Assembly: GCA_018812505.1 (NCBI GenBank)
Contig: JAHJDK010000149.1
Coordinates: 1 to 25,618 of the forward strand
Length of the DNA: 25,618 bases
Direction of reading: 5' to 3'
From: Nanobdellota archaeon
GTDB lineage: Archaea; Nanobdellota; Nanobdellia; Woesearchaeales; GCA-2686295
In this document: one piece after another, positions 23,756 to 25,618 of the stretch
Position numbering within the stretch: position 1 is the stretch's first letter
How the letters are laid out: every line of letters begins with the position of its first letter
Program-made: the position numbers and the translations under genes
Notes under the pieces: model-generated
Database searches by the model: none
Told to the model about the DNA's origin: nothing
The model's input: the letters and a program-made list of their open reading frames with translations, nothing else

Positions 23756-24097
23756 ATTTCTAAACTTATTTCAAAAAAATCAGCACCCTACTTCAGAGAT
23801 ATATATGACCATGCAGTGAGAGTTTCTGATTCTATAGACAACTATCGAGAAGCAATAGGAGGAACATTTGATGCTTATATGTCTGCAATCTCAAACAATA
23901 TGAACGAAGTGATGAAAACCCTCAGCATAATAGCCACTATTGCGCTACCACTAGGAATAATATCAGGGATATTTGGAACCAATTTTGACCTATTACCAGG
24001 ACAACACATACATTATGGATTTTGGCTGATGATACTTCTAATGATGACCTTTATGGGAGTAATGCTGTACTATTTCAAACGAAGAGGATGGTTTTAA
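23756..24097 (+). pseudogene. corA: 5'-truncated CorA-family divalent cation transporter (C-terminal stalk plus 2 TM only)
   Basis: Homology extends upstream of the track GTG to PYFRDIYDHAVRV and ends at an in-frame TAA at 23753-23755. SNNMNEVMKTLSIIATIALPL, GIFGTNF and YYFKRRGWF follow. About two thirds of CorA is missing. Confidence 0.85.
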
Positions 24098-24150
24098 TTA
24101 AACAGCAAAAATTAACTATCTTTTTATAATAGCAATATTTCTATGTGTGA

Positions 24151-24900
24151 ATGGCAAACTTTTGGTCTATTGTTAACAATGTGATTAGAGAAGCTGATGT
24201 TCTTCTATTACTGCTAGATGCAAGACTGGTTAATGAAACAAGGAATCCTGAGATTGAAAAAAAAGTTAAAGCTATAGGCAAACCATTGATTTATGTGATT
24301 ACAAAATCAGACTTGGTTGAAAACAAAGAATTTGTCGAGGCACATAAAAAAGAGCTGAAACCTTGTGTTTTTGTTTCTGCAAATAAGTATTATGGAACAA
24401 CAATTCTTAGGGAAAGAATATTGATTGAAGCTAAAAAGCATAAGGTAAAATATTTACCTGTTAAAGTAGGAGTTCTTGGTTATCCTAACGTTGGAAAATC
24501 TTCTTTGATAAATGCAATGAGCGGTCGCAGTGGCGCTCCAACAAGTATGATGAGCGGCTACACTAAATCATTGCAGAAAATCAGAGGTGATAATAGCATT
24601 CTATTCTTGGACACCCCAGGAGTTATTCCTTTTATGGAAAAAGAAAGCGAGAAACACTCCATGATTGGCTCTGTTGACTTTACAAAAGTAAAAGAGCCTG
24701 ATTTGGCAGTGATGAACATTATGAAACAATTCCCAGGCAAAGTAGAAGCCTATTATGGTGTTGAAGTGCTTGATGATTTTGAAGCATCTATTGAAAACAT
24801 AACAATTTCTAGGAATATTGTTAAAAGCGGCAACCAGCCTAACATTGATAAAATGGCTCGAACAATTTTGAAAGAATGGCAGAAAGGAAATATAAAGTGA
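24151..24900 (+). CDS. Circularly permuted GTPase, YlqF/RbgA family (ribosome biogenesis-type)
   Basis: Order G4 (TKSD), G5 (SA), G1 (GYPNVGKS), G2 (T), G3 (DTPG); also LDAR and AR.IL.EWQ.G.I. Confidence 0.92.
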   Translation: MANFWSIVNNVIREADVLLLLLDARLVNETRNPEIEKKVKAIGKPLIYVITKSDLVENKEFVEAHKKELKPCVFVSANKYYGTTILRERILIEAKKHKVKYLPVKVGVLGYPNVGKSSLINAMSGRSGAPTSMMSGYTKSLQKIRGDNSILFLDTPGVIPFMEKESEKHSMIGSVDFTKVKEPDLAVMNIMKQFPGKVEAYYGVEVLDDFEASIENITISRNIVKSGNQPNIDKMARTILKEWQKGNIK

Positions 24901-24963
24901 GCATGAATTCTCATAAAGCATTAAGATAAGAAATTATTTAAAGAGGTTAAAAAGAAAATAACT

Positions 24964-25618
24964 ATGATGAACTTTAAAACATTTGTTCTGGATAAATTTC
25001 AAGAAGACTCAATTATTGCAATTGAAAAAGGCAAGTCAGTTTTAGTTTCAGCTCCAACAGGTTCAGGAAAAACCTTGATTGCAGACTACATCATTGACAA
25101 ATTTTTAAAAGAAAACTCTAGAATTATCTATACTGCACCAATAAAAGCATTATCAAACCAGAAATACAAGGAATTCACAGAATCCTATGGTAAAGATAAG
25201 ATTGGACTGATTACAGGAGATTTAGTTATTAATCCAGAAGCCCAAGTCTTGATAATGACTGCAGAAGTATACAGAAACATGGCTATAATCAACGACCACG
25301 CATTAGATTCAGTCGCTTATTGCATCATGGATGAAATTCACTATATAAGTGATCAAGAAAGAGGTCATGTTTGGGAGGAATCAATAATTTTCAGTCCAGA
25401 ACATATAAAATTCTTATTTCTTTCAGCGACAATTCCTAATTCAGAAGAATTTGCTTCATGGGTTGAAAGTATAAAGAAAACCCCTGTAGAAGTTATAAAG
25501 TCTGATGTTAGACCTGTTCCTTTAGAAAGAAAATTCTACGACTCAGGATTGGGAATAACAACTCTTGATGAAATAAAAGAAAAGAAAAAACTGGATAACT
25601 ATCCTGATTATCATCAGT
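24964..25618 (+). CDS. Ski2/Mtr4-like DExH helicase, N-terminal part (runs off the window)
   Basis: Manual translation: LDKFQ (Q motif), APTGSGKT, YTAPIKALSNQKY, TGD..INP, IMTAE, DEIHY..DQERGHVWEE, LSATIPN and RPVPL. Confidence 0.93.
   Translation, partial: MMNFKTFVLDKFQEDSIIAIEKGKSVLVSAPTGSGKTLIADYIIDKFLKENSRIIYTAPIKALSNQKYKEFTESYGKDKIGLITGDLVINPEAQVLIMTAEVYRNMAIINDHALDSVAYCIMDEIHYISDQERGHVWEESIIFSPEHIKFLFLSATIPNSEEFASWVESIKKTPVEVIKSDVRPVPLERKFYDSGLGITTLDEIKEKKKLDNYPDYHQ

Noticed and set aside
782-24921. Many short antisense or alternative-frame ORFs in the track (e.g. 782-979, 934-1191, 5829-6014, 7896-8243, 8391-8732, 9845-10168, 10386-10715, 18560-18772, 22309-22659, 24601-24921)
   Set aside because: They lie inside well-supported genes on the opposite strand or in another frame. 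Their L/F/S-rich composition is the expected shadow of A-rich coding DNA.

Overview
AT-rich window from an archaeon, most likely DPANN (Woesearchaeota-like; inference). Support: TTTA(T/A)A(T/A)A TATA boxes about 25-30 nt before several starts, GGTGA Shine-Dalgarno motifs, a TrmB-family regulator, a circularly permuted YlqF-type GTPase and a Ski2-like helicase. Housekeeping-type genes sit at the ends: serS and glgC on the left, an M32 carboxypeptidase, the GTPase and the helicase on the right. The main accessory feature is a tightly coupled minus-strand operon of about 9.3 kb (4151-13463), divergent from the TrmB gene. It encodes an LDH/MDH-like Rossmann domain fused to a probable beta-propeller, a PP2C phosphatase interrupted by one in-frame TAA, an atypical Hanks-type kinase, and six otherwise dissimilar proteins (TPR, helical, beta-helix). 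Those six all start with the same short N-terminal peptide, roughly M-T-L-D-x-[ED]-I-K-x-I-E-x-E-F-x-x-L-x-x-x-x-I-[RK]-[VI]. Two further genes 3-4 kb away (16292-17674) carry the same leader. This looks like a leader-tagged modular protein family coupled to phospho-signalling. Other oddities: a bacterial ECF sigma-factor-like gene behind an archaeal TATA box, four copies of a GC-rich motif resembling tRNA 3'-end (att-like) remnants, a tRNA-Gly-like 3' fragment next to a palindrome cluster, and a 5'-truncated CorA with GTN in place of GMN. No intact RNA gene, integrase, transposase or CRISPR array was seen.
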